Origin: Octopus sinensis
Taxonomy: Eukaryota
Assembly (NCBI RefSeq): GCF_006345805.1
Contig: NC_043000.1
Span: 160,270,001 to 160,334,000 of the forward strand
Reading direction: 5' to 3'
DNA: 64,000 nt
The notes beneath the pieces are model-generated. The model was not told the DNA's origin. It searched no databases and worked only from the letters and a program-made list of their open reading frames with translations. Made by a program: the position numbers and the translations under genes. The number at the start of each line of letters is the position of its first letter. Position 1 is the first letter of the stretch. Of the stretch, positions 42,771-56,498 are shown piece by piece.

Positions 42771-43084
42771 CTATGTATGTATGTATGTATGTATGTATGT
42801 ATGAATGTATGTATGTATGTATGTATGTATGTATGTATGTTATTATTCAGTTCATTTCAATATTTCATGCCAATACAGAAAGAACTTCTAGGTTTCTAAC
42901 CTAGATCTAAGGTTCCTTTATTGGAATTTCAGCATCAACAACAGGGTATTTTGTTTGTTTGTATGCATGTAGGGATGTATGTATGTATTCTCATGCATAT
43001 AGTTACATATCTAGACATGCTCATATATATTTAAATGATAAAATTCTGGAAAGTTTTATAGATTTTTACAGTTCCAGTGATGGA

Positions 43085-43960
43085 TCGGATCTATAGTTTT
43101 CAGATTAGCTTTCTCCTTTCTGGCTTTGAGAAGCCTAATTTCTCAAGATTGGCATTTAGATAGTGTGTTACATACCCCAGGGCATTAATAATTACAGGTA
43201 TAAACCTTAACTTGTAGTCTGGATAGAGTAACTGCAGATTTCTCATTAATTCAGCATAGGTGTTCTCTTTTACACCGATGTTCAGCTTTGTTAACATCCG
43301 CTAGGCAGTTAATCTCCACAACTGTGCACAGTTTCTCTTCTCTATCCGAAATCATTATTTCTGGTCTGTTGTGCTTAGCTTTTGCTGAGGTATTCACTGG
43401 TACATTCCACCCGTGTTCCTTTTTATTATGAGTAGCTATGGTTTCTACCATATTGTGGGTCTTTATTTCTTTGCCCTCAGGATTATCCTTCCGACGGATT
43501 TCATTATAGAGTGTCGTAGCTACAATGTCATGGCTCATCAGTAGATAATACCGTGATAACATTTTCAGACAACTGGTTATGATGTGAGTGATATCTTCAG
43601 TGAGTTATCCACAAAGTCTGCATCAGTCGTCACATTTTACGGCTTTTGATGCATCTCTATCCCTTTTGTGCATCAGGTACTTGGTTGATATCTCCTTTCC
43701 TGGATTGCAAACGTATACCGTTCAAAGTGGGAGGTGGTAATTCGGCTATTCGTCCATGATAAAATGCTTTGATAATCGATGATACTATCATCACAGAGCT
43801 CTCTTCTAACCTATCTATGCATTTTCTTCTTCATATATAGGCTCATCCTTTCATTTGATGATATGTTGGGGGTAGAGTTCTGCGACTTTTTTGGGCATGT
43901 ATTTAAGGTTATCAGACAAAGAGTGCTGCTCAAGGAGCGGCCCTCCAAATCTTATATATA
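43085..43960 (-). mobile_element. Older R4/Dong-like LINE 3' fragment (zinc finger plus RLE)
   Basis: HDIVATTLYNEI...WNVPVNT..K.KHNRPEIMI.D...CTVVEINC..D...KENTYAELMRNLQLLY...FIPVIINALG. Confidence 0.8.
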
Positions 43961-45019
43961 TGGCTGTGGCCATGCTGGGGCACCGTCATTTTGTATGTAT
44001 TTATGTATGTTCGCTTTCGCTTTTCCAATTCAGAGTAAATTTTCACGAACCCCCTACGGCGTAGCTATGTTGTGATAGTAAGTATCTTTTTTTAACCATC
44101 ATCATTTAAATCTTACGATGATCTGGAAGATTTTTGTAGTTCCAGATATCGTGATCATTTGTAGATTATGAAATAAGGATTTGCAAGATCTCCGTGTCCC
44201 AAGCTCAGCCATATTTTGCACTAGACTGGTCGGTGTAGCGTTGGTCCAATAATTATGTATGAAACTCTAAGTGTAACTTGGGTACCAGGTTTGCAAACTG
44301 CTTATCAATAGCCCATAGATATCTGGCCAGTTGTGTATGTCTGTATGTATGTATGTATGTATGTGTGTATGTATGTATCTATGTATGTACGTATGTATGT
44401 CTGTATGTAATTAGGCAGGTATGCCTATATGTATGCTTGGATGCATCTCTGTATGTATACATGTATGTATCATGTGTACGTATGTGTGCATATATGTAAG
44501 TGTGTACGTATGTATGTATGTATATATGCATGTATGTATATATGGGTGGATGGATGGATGGATGGATTGATGTCAGTATGAATGCACGTAAAATATAAGA
44601 ATGTACAAAAACACAAACACACTTTTGCACGTGTTTGTGTGTTTTATGTTTCTATGACGAAATTGATCCCTCGAATGACAAGTAGAAAAAGATTTATTGA
44701 AATGCGTAATTTTGCAATTTAGTCATAGATTTGTTATTTATTGAGCCAACTTTCGAGAGGCCAAATTCTGTTTATATGACATTCCTGTTTAAGACGTTTT
44801 GGTTGTTTTATTGTAGATAATTAATTTTACAACATGTCATCACTCAATGCGCAAAATATATGTGCAATATTTATAGAAATATTTGAAATTAGATTTTATT
44901 TATTCGATCGCTAATGAATCAGTATCTGTTTGTTATGTCAAAATACTTTGTGATGATGTAATGTAGTGTTCAAAGATGAAAGATACCCACAATGGACACA
45001 TTCATGTTAAGTATATTAA

Positions 45020-45810
45020 TATGAACTTTTCAAAGCATTCAACGGTTTTGAAACGTACCCAACATTCCTGTCGCTTTTCATGTCATCATGACATACTGAT
45101 ATTGAAATGGAGAGTGATGCTTCTAGCAATAAATCTTTTAACGTAACTAGGAGTGGAGTACCAAATACGGTTAAAATGTTTATTGTACCCGCTGTTAAAG
45201 AAGTCATAGAAACCCTAAAAGGGAAGATATCTGAACGTATTCTTGAAGTTATCGCTCTGCATAACTCCACAGTGCAATGTCATGCTGATGGACTGTCAAA
45301 ATTATTGAAGAAAAAGTAAGTCTATCTTCGATCCAGTAGGATGAATAGAGGCGAATAAATACTTGCCTAACGTAACAAACGTAGTCTCAGTAAAACATGC
45401 ATTGTTCATAGATTTCTATTCGTCACAATGTCTTAAAACCTCCAACGGTTTTCTTTTGTTTGGAAAGTATTTGATATAAGATGCAATTCATCATAACAAC
45501 ATGATGGCGCTTTACTCTAATGGTGTTTCACTTTAATGGCACTTTACTCTAATTCTTTAAGCCATTGAAAGAAAGTTTTGCAAATCATGACTGGTAGATT
45601 CCAAGGATGTCAGCTTTCCAACAGAAAATAGAATGTGATGTTTGCAGTATACATTCGGAATTATACAGACTATACTTTGTAAAAAAAAAAATCCGCTGCG
45701 ACTTTCACGATTATCTGCAAGTATGCATCCGGTTTTCGATATTATGCATTATTATATGCCATGAAAAGTGTCTCAAAAATCTTCTTTTGCATAATCAAGT
45801 ACGTTGGTAA
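45020..45810 (+). pseudogene. hAT (Charlie/Buster, ZBED5-like) transposase relic
   Basis: ASSNKSFNVTRSGVPNTVKMFIVPAVKEVIETLKG..ILEVIALHNSTVQ resembles the Buster-type ASY.ISL.IA.SGKPHT.GE.LILPA.KEV...L..IPLSN.TV motif. Confidence 0.55.
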
Positions 45811-46005
45811 CACATGGAGAGAGCTTACGAAAGTTACATGAACATTTCTTATTCATGGATTTTTTCTAAAGATGTGGTGTTTGTTAAAGTTGTGAATCCA
45901 AAACTCTGGTAATGAAGAGTGGCTGTGTGAAAACATGGCATATAAATGACATTTCGAATACTATGCATAATTGCTATTATTAAAGATAGATTGTAAGATG
46001 GTGAG

Positions 46006-46200
46006 TTGGCAGAATCATTAGCAGTACGGGCAAAATGCTTAGCGGTGTTTCGCTAAGTTCAAATTCTACTCAGGTCGACTTTACCTTTCATCATTTTGGG
46101 GTCAATAAATTAAGTTGCAGTCAAATACTGAGGTCAATGCGATCGACTTACACGCTCCTTGCAAATTTCAAGTCTTGTGCCTATAGTAGAAAGGATTATT
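46006..46200 (+). mobile_element. SINE (29208 family)
   Basis: GGTGAGTTGGCAGAATCATTAGC...GTTCAAATTC...GGTCGACTTTACCTTTCATC...GGGGTCAATAAATTAAG. Confidence 0.7.
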
Positions 46201-46663
46201 AAAAATAGATTATCACAGACAGTAATTTGATTTAATTAACGTATTTATATCGTCAATCCTGTAAGTTCACTCGACTACACCACATAATTTTTACTGTGTG
46301 CAATGTGTAAAAATTTATATGTGTGCAATGGTAAGGGAGGTAGCAGGTGTTAATGTGTTTGTTATTGGGTCGAGTGAGGATGAAAATTCAGCACCCGTAA
46401 GTTTACACCAGTAACATAACCACGTTTTACCATTGAACTACAGTGAAGCATGCCAGCTTGTTTGTACAGAATATGTGGCTACAAAGATTTAGATATATTA
46501 AGAACGTGTCTGAAAAATATGGTGTTAAAAATTTCAAAGATATCATTCTAAAATATGAAAAATCGTGATAAAGAAAATTAAAGTTAGAGAACAGTTGTAC
46601 TTTCAATTCAGGATTACTGGAAAATATGCCTCTCCACATACTATATACATATACTTGTGTGTT

Positions 46664-46694
<31 letters not shown>

Positions 46695-48037
46695 TGTGTG
46701 TGTGTTTGTGTGTGTGCACGTGCATTTCGAAGTTGTACCTTTTTTCAAAAGTGAGTTGATTTGTAACCGTATTTCGAAACCGAAGCAATATAATATCGAG
46801 TAAGATCACTTTTTTTCTATTTTAACATCTATGTATATATGTCACTGGACTACAAATGAAGGAAATATTTTTGTTGTGAATGTTAGAAAATAATGACATA
46901 TTGATCAAAATCAAACATTTACAGACGTGAAATGGACTCGAATTTATAATAAAAGAGCCATGATTCTCTGATCGTTCGTTCATTTGACTGTTCATCGCGC
47001 TATTTCAATGATTTCACGAAACCAGGCGTTTTGTAGAATGTGAAAATTATGTATTGTAACGTTATTTCTATCGAATTTTCAACACGGCAAATTAAAAGGT
47101 AGGTATTATGTGATATTTTTCCTTTACATTTTATTTCGTTTAAAAATGTCGATACACCTCTATTATGACGTCATAATTTGCCGATTCTCTCATAAATACG
47201 TGATCAAAGATTTCCTGAAAATTTATTTTGCGAAACAAATTAAAAAGCAGTCGATGTATTCAATTTTATTGCCTTCACAATATGCAATGCAAGAAAAATA
47301 ACGTTCATATTTTACTTTTGGTCAAAATCATTTTTTCTTACCACCGAAAATAGAATGCATATAAATATTTCACCCTCTACTAAACAATAAATTGTATGTA
47401 AAAAGGAAACAGATGAAAATGTCGAGCAGTCAAGAAGAAGGAGAAACATAACAAAAATAGCAATTGACTTACAAAAACTTTCAGTCGATAAAACTGTTTA
47501 TTCAGCAGGAAAGTTGTTCTGAACGTATTTTGTTTTATTCAATGGAATTTCTTGTAACACTTAGAACTGCTTATTTTTGGTGATGAGAAACTATTTCGTA
47601 CAACAAATTACTCTGTATAACATTAATTTCTGCTACTTGTAAAACAAATATAATATATTCCACTTAAATATTTGTTGATATACAAAAATTTATAAATTTT
47701 CAAAAAGTCATAACAAAACACATCTTGGGAATAAAAATGATTCCCTGACACTTCTGATTTGCTACTGTATGTATGAGGTAGCATAAGCTAAGTGATTTCA
47801 CCTACATACCAAGGAGAAACCTTATAAATCTCTTTGATATTCTTGGTCTGTCAGAAAAGTTGCTAACATGCAAGCTCGCACTCACAAATACATGAGCTTT
47901 TCTCTGGTATCCATACCTGCTAAAAATAGCAGACAAAGCTCCCTGAAATTATCAAAACGTCGCTTCATGATAATGAAAATAGATCTTTCATTATGAATGT
48001 TGCTTATGGAAATTAACTTATCTCAGTAAATGAAATA

Positions 48038-48074
48038 GGTGTAGGAGTGGCTGTGTGGTAAGTAGCTTGCTAAC
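48038..48074 (+). mobile_element. SINE 5' head, split by the retroelement insertion
   Basis: GTAGGAGTGGCTGTGTGGTAAGTAGCTTGC continues at 50324 (AAGTAGCTTG..CAACCACATGGTTCCGGGTTCAG). The uninterrupted junction is visible in the minus-strand copy at 63131-63166. Confidence 0.85.
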
Positions 48075-48758
48075 ACACATGCGCAGTTAGTCAGTTGCTT
48101 CCTGTTCAGCCAGAGTGGACGCGAGTCAACCAGCTCCGTCCAATTAAAGAAAAAAGACCAAAAACGGAAAGTTGTCGAGGTAAGTGAGTTGGGCATAATT
48201 TATTGCGTGCCAATTATTATTTCAGTAAGTTGTGTCCAACTCTGAGACAATTTCGCCAGCTCTCGGCGGCTGCCGTTTTTGTGTTCATTGAAAAAAAAAG
48301 AAAAAACAGTGGAGGGACGTATCCTCGGAATTCAATACAGTTACTGTTAAAATTACCGTTGGCGGTAGCCAGTGCTGTGTTTGGGTTTGTTGAATTTATT
48401 CCCTTGTCAGAGTACTTCGCAAGAAAATTATAAAAATAAGCCACTATTGGATTACCTTTCGGACCCATTTTTGTGGAGGTTGTGTTGCAGTTGCGGCGTT
48501 CCAGGTTCAACCCAGGCTGGGAGTACCGCAACGCCAGAATATTTTTGCTGTGTTTTTTCTGTTTATTAACTTTCTTTTCAACTTCATTTAACCCCCCCTT
48601 TTGTTTTTTTTCTTTATTGCGACTTTCCGTTGATTTCTTCCCTTCTGTTGTGCTTTCTCCTTTTTGTTTTTTCAAAAATCTATCAAATTTTATTTGGACT
48701 TTTGAACTTTTTTTCTTCTTGCTTTTTGAGTTTAATTTGAATATATTAAAAAAAAAAC

Positions 48759-49999
48759 ATGGCAATGAAAAATAACAAAATTTTGGAATGGGAAATCATA
48801 CCACCTAAAAAGTGGTTAAAAGACCGTGAAGATAGGACGGTGGTGTTGAGAACCTACTCCAAGGCACTCGACATCATCGCCCTATTCGAAAAGACGGCAA
48901 TTGAAAAGGAGTTGGAAGAGTATTTGCCAACAATTAAATTCATTTCCAGGGGTGTCAAATATGCAACGGTGTGGTTGCTATTTGACACCCCTGAAGAGGC
49001 TTGCAAATTTGCTAGCAAACCCCTGGAGGGTAAGGAAATCTTATTCCTGCCCACGTACAAAAAAAGAAATTGATGAAAGCTTGGATTTGCGGGCTGCCAC
49101 CCGACATAGAACCCGAGTGGATAGAGGAGACTATCCGCCGGGGTCTGGGTGGCAGCGAAACTAAGCTCCTTAATGTAAAACTTCTTCCTGCGGCTGCTTG
49201 GGTTGGGTCAAAAGCAATTTTGACCCTGTGGACCCAATCAGCCAATCTGGTTCTTCCAGATTTTTTGAAAATGGCCGGGTGCAGGTACCCGGTGATGCTT
49301 GAGGGTCGCCCCCCTAAGTGTCATCGGTGCTTGGAGTCCGGCCACATAAAGAAGAACTGTCCTCGGGAACAAAATAGGATCCCGGAACAGTTAAGTAAAA
49401 CCCCTCTAGAAGAGGGAACGATAACGGCCGAGAAAGCAGAGGACTCCTCAAACAGAGGCCGAAAGAGGAAGGTGAGCAACAATGGGTGCTCACCAAAGGA
49501 TAATAGGGATGAGGAGAGGAAGGCGAATCTTCCAGCCACGGAGGAGACGCACCCTCCCTCAGTTGAAAAGGGAAAAAAAAAGAAAAAGAGGAAGAAAAAC
49601 GGGACATTACCGGCTGTCAGTGTAGCACCGGAATGTCCCGGAACTACGTCGGTTGGGGTTGTGCCACCGACAAGAGAAGGAATACCGTTGGCGGGAACTG
49701 TGCCGCCAACGAAAGAACTGAACGTATTGGTCCTCTTCTATAGAGGAGGAGAAATTGAAAAAAAAATGATGGAAGAGCACCACAAGGGAGCAACTTTAGC
49801 CTTCACACAGGACCCCGAATGGCCTCCGCAGATAGCTGTGGAGGCCGTGGCGTTCGACGTAACGCTTGGGCTAAAGGAGCTCAATGAAGATTATAGCTTG
49901 GTCCCGGGCGACGCGCACTCGGAACTTGATTACGTTCTGAGGGAGGCGTGGTTGATGGTGGAGGGCGCGGGCACAAGCTATTTCGAGGACGATATGTAA
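48759..49999 (+). CDS. ORF1p/gag-like nucleic-acid-binding protein with CCHC zinc knuckle, interrupted by one -1 frameshift at ~49060
   Basis: ORFs 48759-49073 and 49070-49999 overlap at an A run (TACAAAAAAAGAAATTGATG). The product has an RRM-like N-terminal part, CHRCLESGHIKKNC (CX2CX4HX4C) and a basic/low-complexity tail. Confidence 0.78.
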
Positions 50000-50014
50000 T
50001 TATTGAACTGTTAG

Positions 50015-50150
50015 TATTAATAATGGACTGCTAAGTCCAAAAATTGAAAAATTGTAAGAGGTTTAATACCTCGTTTTGTATGTCTATTAATAATGGACTG
50101 CTAAGTCCAAAAATTGGAAAAATTGTAAGAGGTTTAATACCTCGTTTTGT
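50015..50150 (+). repeat. 65-bp tandem duplication (period 70) in the retroelement 3' UTR
   Basis: TATTAATAATGGACTGCTAAGTCC...CCTCGTTTTGT occurs at 50015-50079 and 50085-50150. Confidence 0.93.
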
Positions 50151-50323
50151 GTTTATCTTTAAAAAGAACAATGTTTTAGAGAAGCGAAAGTCGGCGGGCG
50201 GTTTTTGTCTTCTCCCATCCTTATTATCTGTCTTTCATTATCATTCACTTCATTAATGTCCTCGTCCAGCCCGCAAAGCTAACTTAATCTGTGTACTGCC
50301 TTTATGGCAAATGTTTTGAAATA

Positions 50324-50730
50324 AAGTAGCTTGTTTATCAACCACATGGTTCCGGGTTCAGTTCCACTGCGTGGCATCTTGGGCAAGTGTCTTCTACTAT
50401 AGCCTCGGGCCGACCAAAGCCTTGTAAGTGGATTTGGTAGGCGGAAACTGAAAGAAGCCCGTCGTATATATTTATATATATATATATGCGTGGGTGTGTT
50501 TGTGTGTCTGTGTTTGTCCCCCTAGCATGGCTTGACAACCGATGCTGGTGTGTTTATGTCCCCGTTACTTATCGGTTCGGCAAAAAAGACCGATAGAATA
50601 AGTACTGGGCTTACAAAACAATAAGTCCCGGGGTCGAGTTGCTCGATTAAAAAAGGCGGTGCTCCAGCATGGCCGCAGTCAAATGACTGAAACAAGTAAA
50701 AGAGTAAAAGAGTAAAAGAGTAAAGAGAGT
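50324..50730 (+). mobile_element. SINE body and (AAGAGTA)n tail
   Basis: B-box-like GGTTCAGTTCC, an internal TA/TG tract, GGCGGTGCTCCAGCATGGCCGCAG and an AAAAGAGT tandem tail. Confidence 0.85.
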
Positions 50731-51459
50731 GTTCAAGATATTCACTGAGTTTGCAGACTCTGGTTTAAAATGTTTTCATTATTTTATAGTTAGAAAATAT
50801 CGAAGTATTATTTATTATACTTTCGCTGAGTAAAACTAAATTTTCCATAATTCCCCAATTAAAATGTGCCTAATATGAAATCTGTTTTCTGAAAATAAAA
50901 TTGCGATGAAGTTAATAAATTCTGCATTCCCTAAAAGGCCATTTGTATTTAAGTTGCATGCATTTTATATTAAATGATGCTTTGCAAATGTCAAAAAAAA
51001 AAAAAAAAAAAAAAGGAATATAAAATCTTACCATCTTGGCTTCAACAAAGCGACGATTATTGAAATACTTTAGCCGAAAAACTGGTTAATGTAAGTAGGT
51101 AAAATACTTAAAATTTATGGATGATTATTTATGAAATAACAGGCTATGTTAACAAAATAAAACAATCAAAATCTGACAGAGTTTCATAGAAATGGATGCA
51201 TGTTAAGCGATAGATAATATAAGTGTGTGTGTGTGTGTGTGTGTGTGTGCATTCCCTCGACTAATGCTGTGTTACGTTCCAAAAGCCCTCGCCATTGGTG
51301 AATCCGCGTAGAAACTCTACTGTACTGCATATATATGTTATTACTTTTTTAATATGTATATATCTATATGATTATAAATACATAACACCACAGCGGAATC
51401 GACGTAACCTTAAATAATAAACTGCAATAGGTGAACCGCGATATGGTGAGGGATTACTG

Positions 51460-51688
<229 letters not shown>

Positions 51689-53019
51689 ATATGCGTATAT
51701 ATGTGTATATATAAGTATATGTACACATATAAATATACATACATACACATATATATGTATATTGCGTTGTTGTGTTTTCTCTTTGCGTTTTCATGTTCGG
51801 ATTAACTATATATATATATTTATATTTTATTTTTTATTATATATAGTTTCAGCTCACTAGGTGTGGCCATGCTGGGGCATATATATAAATATATATATAC
51901 ATATATACAGTGTGTATGTATTTGTGTGTGCGTGCGTGCGTGCGTGCGTGTGCTTGGATGCCTGTGTGCGTATCCATGCATATCTTTTTCAAAGTTTAGT
52001 TGACAGCGATTTTGAAATTTCGGGCTGCTTAGGATTCATCGGATTGTGGCATATTTGAGTCTATCTTCTAAACTAGGTTGAACTCCTGTGTTGAATGATA
52101 TTTAGGCTGTGAGTTAGGTTGTCATAGAAAGCTCTGATGGAAAATTGGATCACATAAGGCGTTTATAATGTTTTAAAAGCTATGCTTCTTAATACTTTGT
52201 AACCACGCGTCTCTTTCAGTGTATCAGCTTCAGATCCTGGGATTTATATGTATGAGTTTGTGTGTGAGCGCGTGTATATTCATATTTACATTACATTACA
52301 CACTACCCGTGAAAATTTCGATTATTCAAATAATTTAAATAAAATTTAATTAAAATAATGCAATAGAAAAATTAAGCAAGTTTTACCTTTAACAATGATG
52401 TTGAATTGATGCGAATAAAACCAGAATAAACGGAAATGGATAGTAACTAATGGAAGCTGTCTTGGTAAGTCAAAAGCTGTGGAATAATTTCTTACTAGTA
52501 AAGAAATGTTTCGTGATAGCTATTAGGAGACTAGAATATATTACGTACGTTATGGGATTCTAATATTATAACAGAAATTATAATTAGACTGTTAGCGTAA
52601 GGGAATTCTTTATAATATGAATTGAATTCCATGACGGATTCACACGCTGGCAATAAATTGAAGTTACATATCTATTCGTGAAAAGGGTGAATTATATTAG
52701 AATGATTATTCTTCGAGAGTAGTGAACAAGTTAAGAAGAACAATGTAAATAAAATTCAGGTATAATACCTGGCCATTGCTAATAGCCTGCGAAAACTTTT
52801 AAGATTAAGCAAAAGGGTTTTAAGTCTGTAAAAAGAAATTTTGTGATTTATAAGGGAGATATTCAGTATCTGCTGTTTCTCAGAAGTGTAGAGCTGGTAA
52901 AATATAGTGACGTATCGGGATATATGACTCCGCTTTTGATCTTTATAGGAAAGTTAAATAAAATGGCTTTCAAGCTTGTTTTTTATGTCTATATTAAAAG
53001 AAAGGAGAGAAAAAGAACT

Positions 53020-53340
53020 GGCATTCCGTTGGTTACGACGACAAGGGTTAGAGCTGATCCGATCAACGGAACAGACTGGTCATGAAATTGACGTGCAAGT
53101 AGCTGAACTATCAACAAGCGTACTCGTGATGTAGTTCTCAGACAGATTCAGCGTGACACAGAATGTGACAAGACTGGCTCTTTGAAAGACAAGTACTATT
53201 CATTTTCGCTAGATGAGTAGACTGGAGACGCGTGAAATAAAACCTCTCGCTCAAGGACAGAATATGCCTCCAGGAGTCGAACTCATGACGTAACAATCAT
53301 GAGCCGAATACCCTAACCACTAATCCGCGCGCCTTCATCA
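53020..53340 (-). mobile_element. tRNA-derived SINE related to the 26536 copy
   Basis: Minus head AGTGGTTAGGGTATTCGGCTC...GAGTTCGACTCC. The 3' part (CTGTTCCGTTGATCGGATC...GTCGTCGTAACC) is shared with 26865-26910. Confidence 0.75.
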
Positions 53341-55149
53341 AAGTGAGGAAAATACAATGTTCGCCTACACAAGTTAATGAATTGTATTTAAACTTGTATA
53401 AATATTGTAATCTTTTATAAAATAGTTCTTCCAGTCGTGAAAAACAATATCATAATCGTTAAATTTGCAATAATAACATTGTAAAATATAATACATAATA
53501 ATTTTGCTCTCTAATAATAAATCATAGTAACCTGAAAAAAAAGGTATTAGCAAAGTATGAAAATTATGTTTCGAGAAAGCAAATTGAGAAATGTGAGAAG
53601 AGATGGTTAAATATTACAAATTAAAATTTAATACACGGGATAGATAAAAGAGGTGTGAAGAGAGTTATTTAAGCGAAAGAAAGAGAAGTCATGAGTAGAA
53701 AAGATTGCGTGAAGATTGATGAAAGTAGGATGTGCAAAGTTTTGATAGTCTTAGATAAAGAATAGAAGTGAGTAAAGAACATTATTTAGGGAAAGGAAGA
53801 AAGGAGACCTGTAGAAAGGAACGCATGATGTTGGTGGTGTTTGGTTTTAAAATATCATGGATGCTACTGAATATATGATGAATATCAGAGCAATGAATAT
53901 AGACAACAATGAATATATACACAAATAAGTTGTACGTTCGTACATACATACATACATACATACATACATACATAGACATACATACTCCATGTATAGATAC
54001 ATGGAGTTTTATTCGTTAGAAAGCAGTATCTTCCTTCTAAGAAGAATTCAAATAAAGCTGATCTTACATCCTCTACCTTGATATCCTCCCAATTTTATCC
54101 TAAATTTCAAGTGTATACAATATGTAACAACGAGCACATTTTGTAATAATTGCAATCATACTTTATGCGGTAGAAAATTAGGTATTATATACTGAATCTT
54201 ACAAAGCGAATCGGTCGAAGCTGTCGTCAACCATTTACGTAAAATTGTCTTAAAATTCTATTCAGTTAGAAGTATTTTTGTTCAAAACTCATATATTTTA
54301 AATATTCTTAATAAAATTGACAATAAAATGTATTTAGCATCATCATGCTATTTACTACATCTTAATTTCAAGAGCAAAGCAAGTGTGTAATATATAGCGT
54401 TCATTTTATAAGACATCATGAAAATTAGGGTTTCCTGTAGAAATTTCACCTTTATCCATAATAGAAAAAAAATTTATTATTATGGGGAACTGAAATATTT
54501 CAACTTGCGGAAGAAACAGACAAATCAAAGTTAGAATGTAATTTAGACTTCCTCAGGTGTATACTTCTGAACAACGCTCAGTTCAGTACTTAACCTCTAT
54601 GCAAATTAGTTGATTATATATTCTAATTTCAAATATGAATATATCTCACAATTAGTGTTCGATTTTTGAACTGCATTAATTAAACGGTTCCATGATTTAG
54701 TGTGTTTAGACAATTACATTCATGTATCTCGTAAAATGTAATGTTCTTCCTGCCTCAACAAGATATTCACAAGTAGTTCTGCAGTTCAGATTTCTCTTGT
54801 CTATATTCTAGTGAGTTTCACTAGTAAGGGTGTACTTGTCTACACCAGTAGAAGTTCGGTATTTAACAATCTCAAATTAAATGTCACGTTTCAACTGGTC
54901 AAAAATCTAGGAATGTAAAAACGGAATTTAGTGTATAGCTGAAATGATGGTAACACTGTTACATGAAGATGTTCGCGAAAGATGGACATATGAACATGGA
55001 TAAAAATGGCACTCTTAATACGCTTCTCAACGGAATAGCATTCAGCTGAGAAGCTGAATTCTATATTTCACTTTCTTTGGAGGTATTCAAAATCTCATTA
55101 AGAAAAAATTTGGTATCATTCCATCTTAGATAAGTATAAAATAATGACG

Positions 55150-55158
55150 ACGATCATG

Positions 55159-55193
<35 letters not shown>

Positions 55194-55234
55194 TATTATT
55201 TTTATTATTATTATAATTATTATTGTTATTATTA

Positions 55235-55327
<93 letters not shown>

Positions 55328-55340
55328 TTATAATTATTAC

Positions 55341-55403
<63 letters not shown>
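55150..55403. repeat. (ATC)n/(ATT)n tract
   Basis: Seen directly. Confidence 0.97.
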
Positions 55404-55404
<1 letters not shown>

Positions 55405-55567
55405 TAATTGTCTTTTCACAACTCGTAACGCTGGAGATGTACGACGGAGTCAGATGTTCACTACCAGTGAACTAAGGTAACACCCGTTAGTTTTCAAGCA
55501 TCACCTGGAGTATTGGAGGGGTTGCAAGCATTGCTGTTTTCTGCAAGTGCACCCTTATTACATCCCC
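55404..55567 (-). mobile_element. Extreme 3' end of an R4/Dong-like LINE with a (TAA)n tail
   Basis: Minus strand GDVIRVHLQKTAMLATPPILQVMLEN* resembles the RLE C-terminal LQK.ALLGT..ILR.VL motif, followed by a short UTR and the TAA repeat. Confidence 0.55.
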
Positions 55568-55600
55568 TATTTTTTCCATGTACTTGTCAAGACTTTTACT

Positions 55601-55638
<38 letters not shown>

Positions 55639-56498
55639 AATATATATACATCATATAATTAAGGGCTAAAGAGGGTTATTCTAAAGCTAATACAATGATT
55701 TATCCACTTATAATCCGCTTGCAACAGGAGAATTGAAACTGAAAACGGGCAACTAACCTTTAGAAAATTTAAATTTCGTTATCTCTATATTGAATCAATT
55801 TCGGAATTAATCTTATAAAAAGATATATTCTTTCTTCAGTAGAGCTTTCGATGGGATATAAATAAAATACTCACGCATGATCATGGAAAAAGCACAAGCT
55901 AAAAACATAACTACACTTGAGTACATCACTTATATCTAAAAATAAAAATTCTTTGGTCAGCCTCAGAAACAACGTCTTGACCTTTCGCCGCTACAAATTG
56001 TAATGGTTACCGGTCCTCCCGTAGCAAGCAGCGAGTTTACTACTAACAATATAGGATGAAGTCCCTTTCTCTACAGAAAAGGAATCCATCAGGAAGCGTG
56101 GGCAGTATATTTAAAAAAACCCGTTACGGTTGAAGTATAAACATCATATAATTAAGGGCTAAAGAGGGTTATTCTAAAGCCAATACACTGATAGTAAATA
56201 TAGTAGTAAATAACTAACTAACTAACATATATATATATACATATACGTATGTATATACATATTCATATACACTATATATGTATATATATATATATACATA
56301 TGCATATACTTATATATATATATATATATTATATCGTGACACATATTTGCCATTTGAATATGGCTAACCCCTAAGGGTGGATGCTACTGTAGTTTGTAGC
56401 CCCAGGAAGATATCTCCTCCAGCTGGCTATAGACACACTATCTGTGTCCTCTCAGTATTTGTGAAGGGAGTCATCCTCCCCGTCTTCAACTCATGATA

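Larger units (their letters stand above)
48075..50323 (+). mobile_element. ORF1-only L1/Tx1-like (HAL1-like) non-autonomous retroelement
   Basis: It is flanked by the duplication AAGTAGCTTG (48060-48069 / 50324-50333). It has a ~680-bp 5' UTR, a gag-like ORF and a 3' UTR ending TGAAATAAA. No ORF2 is present. Confidence 0.8.
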
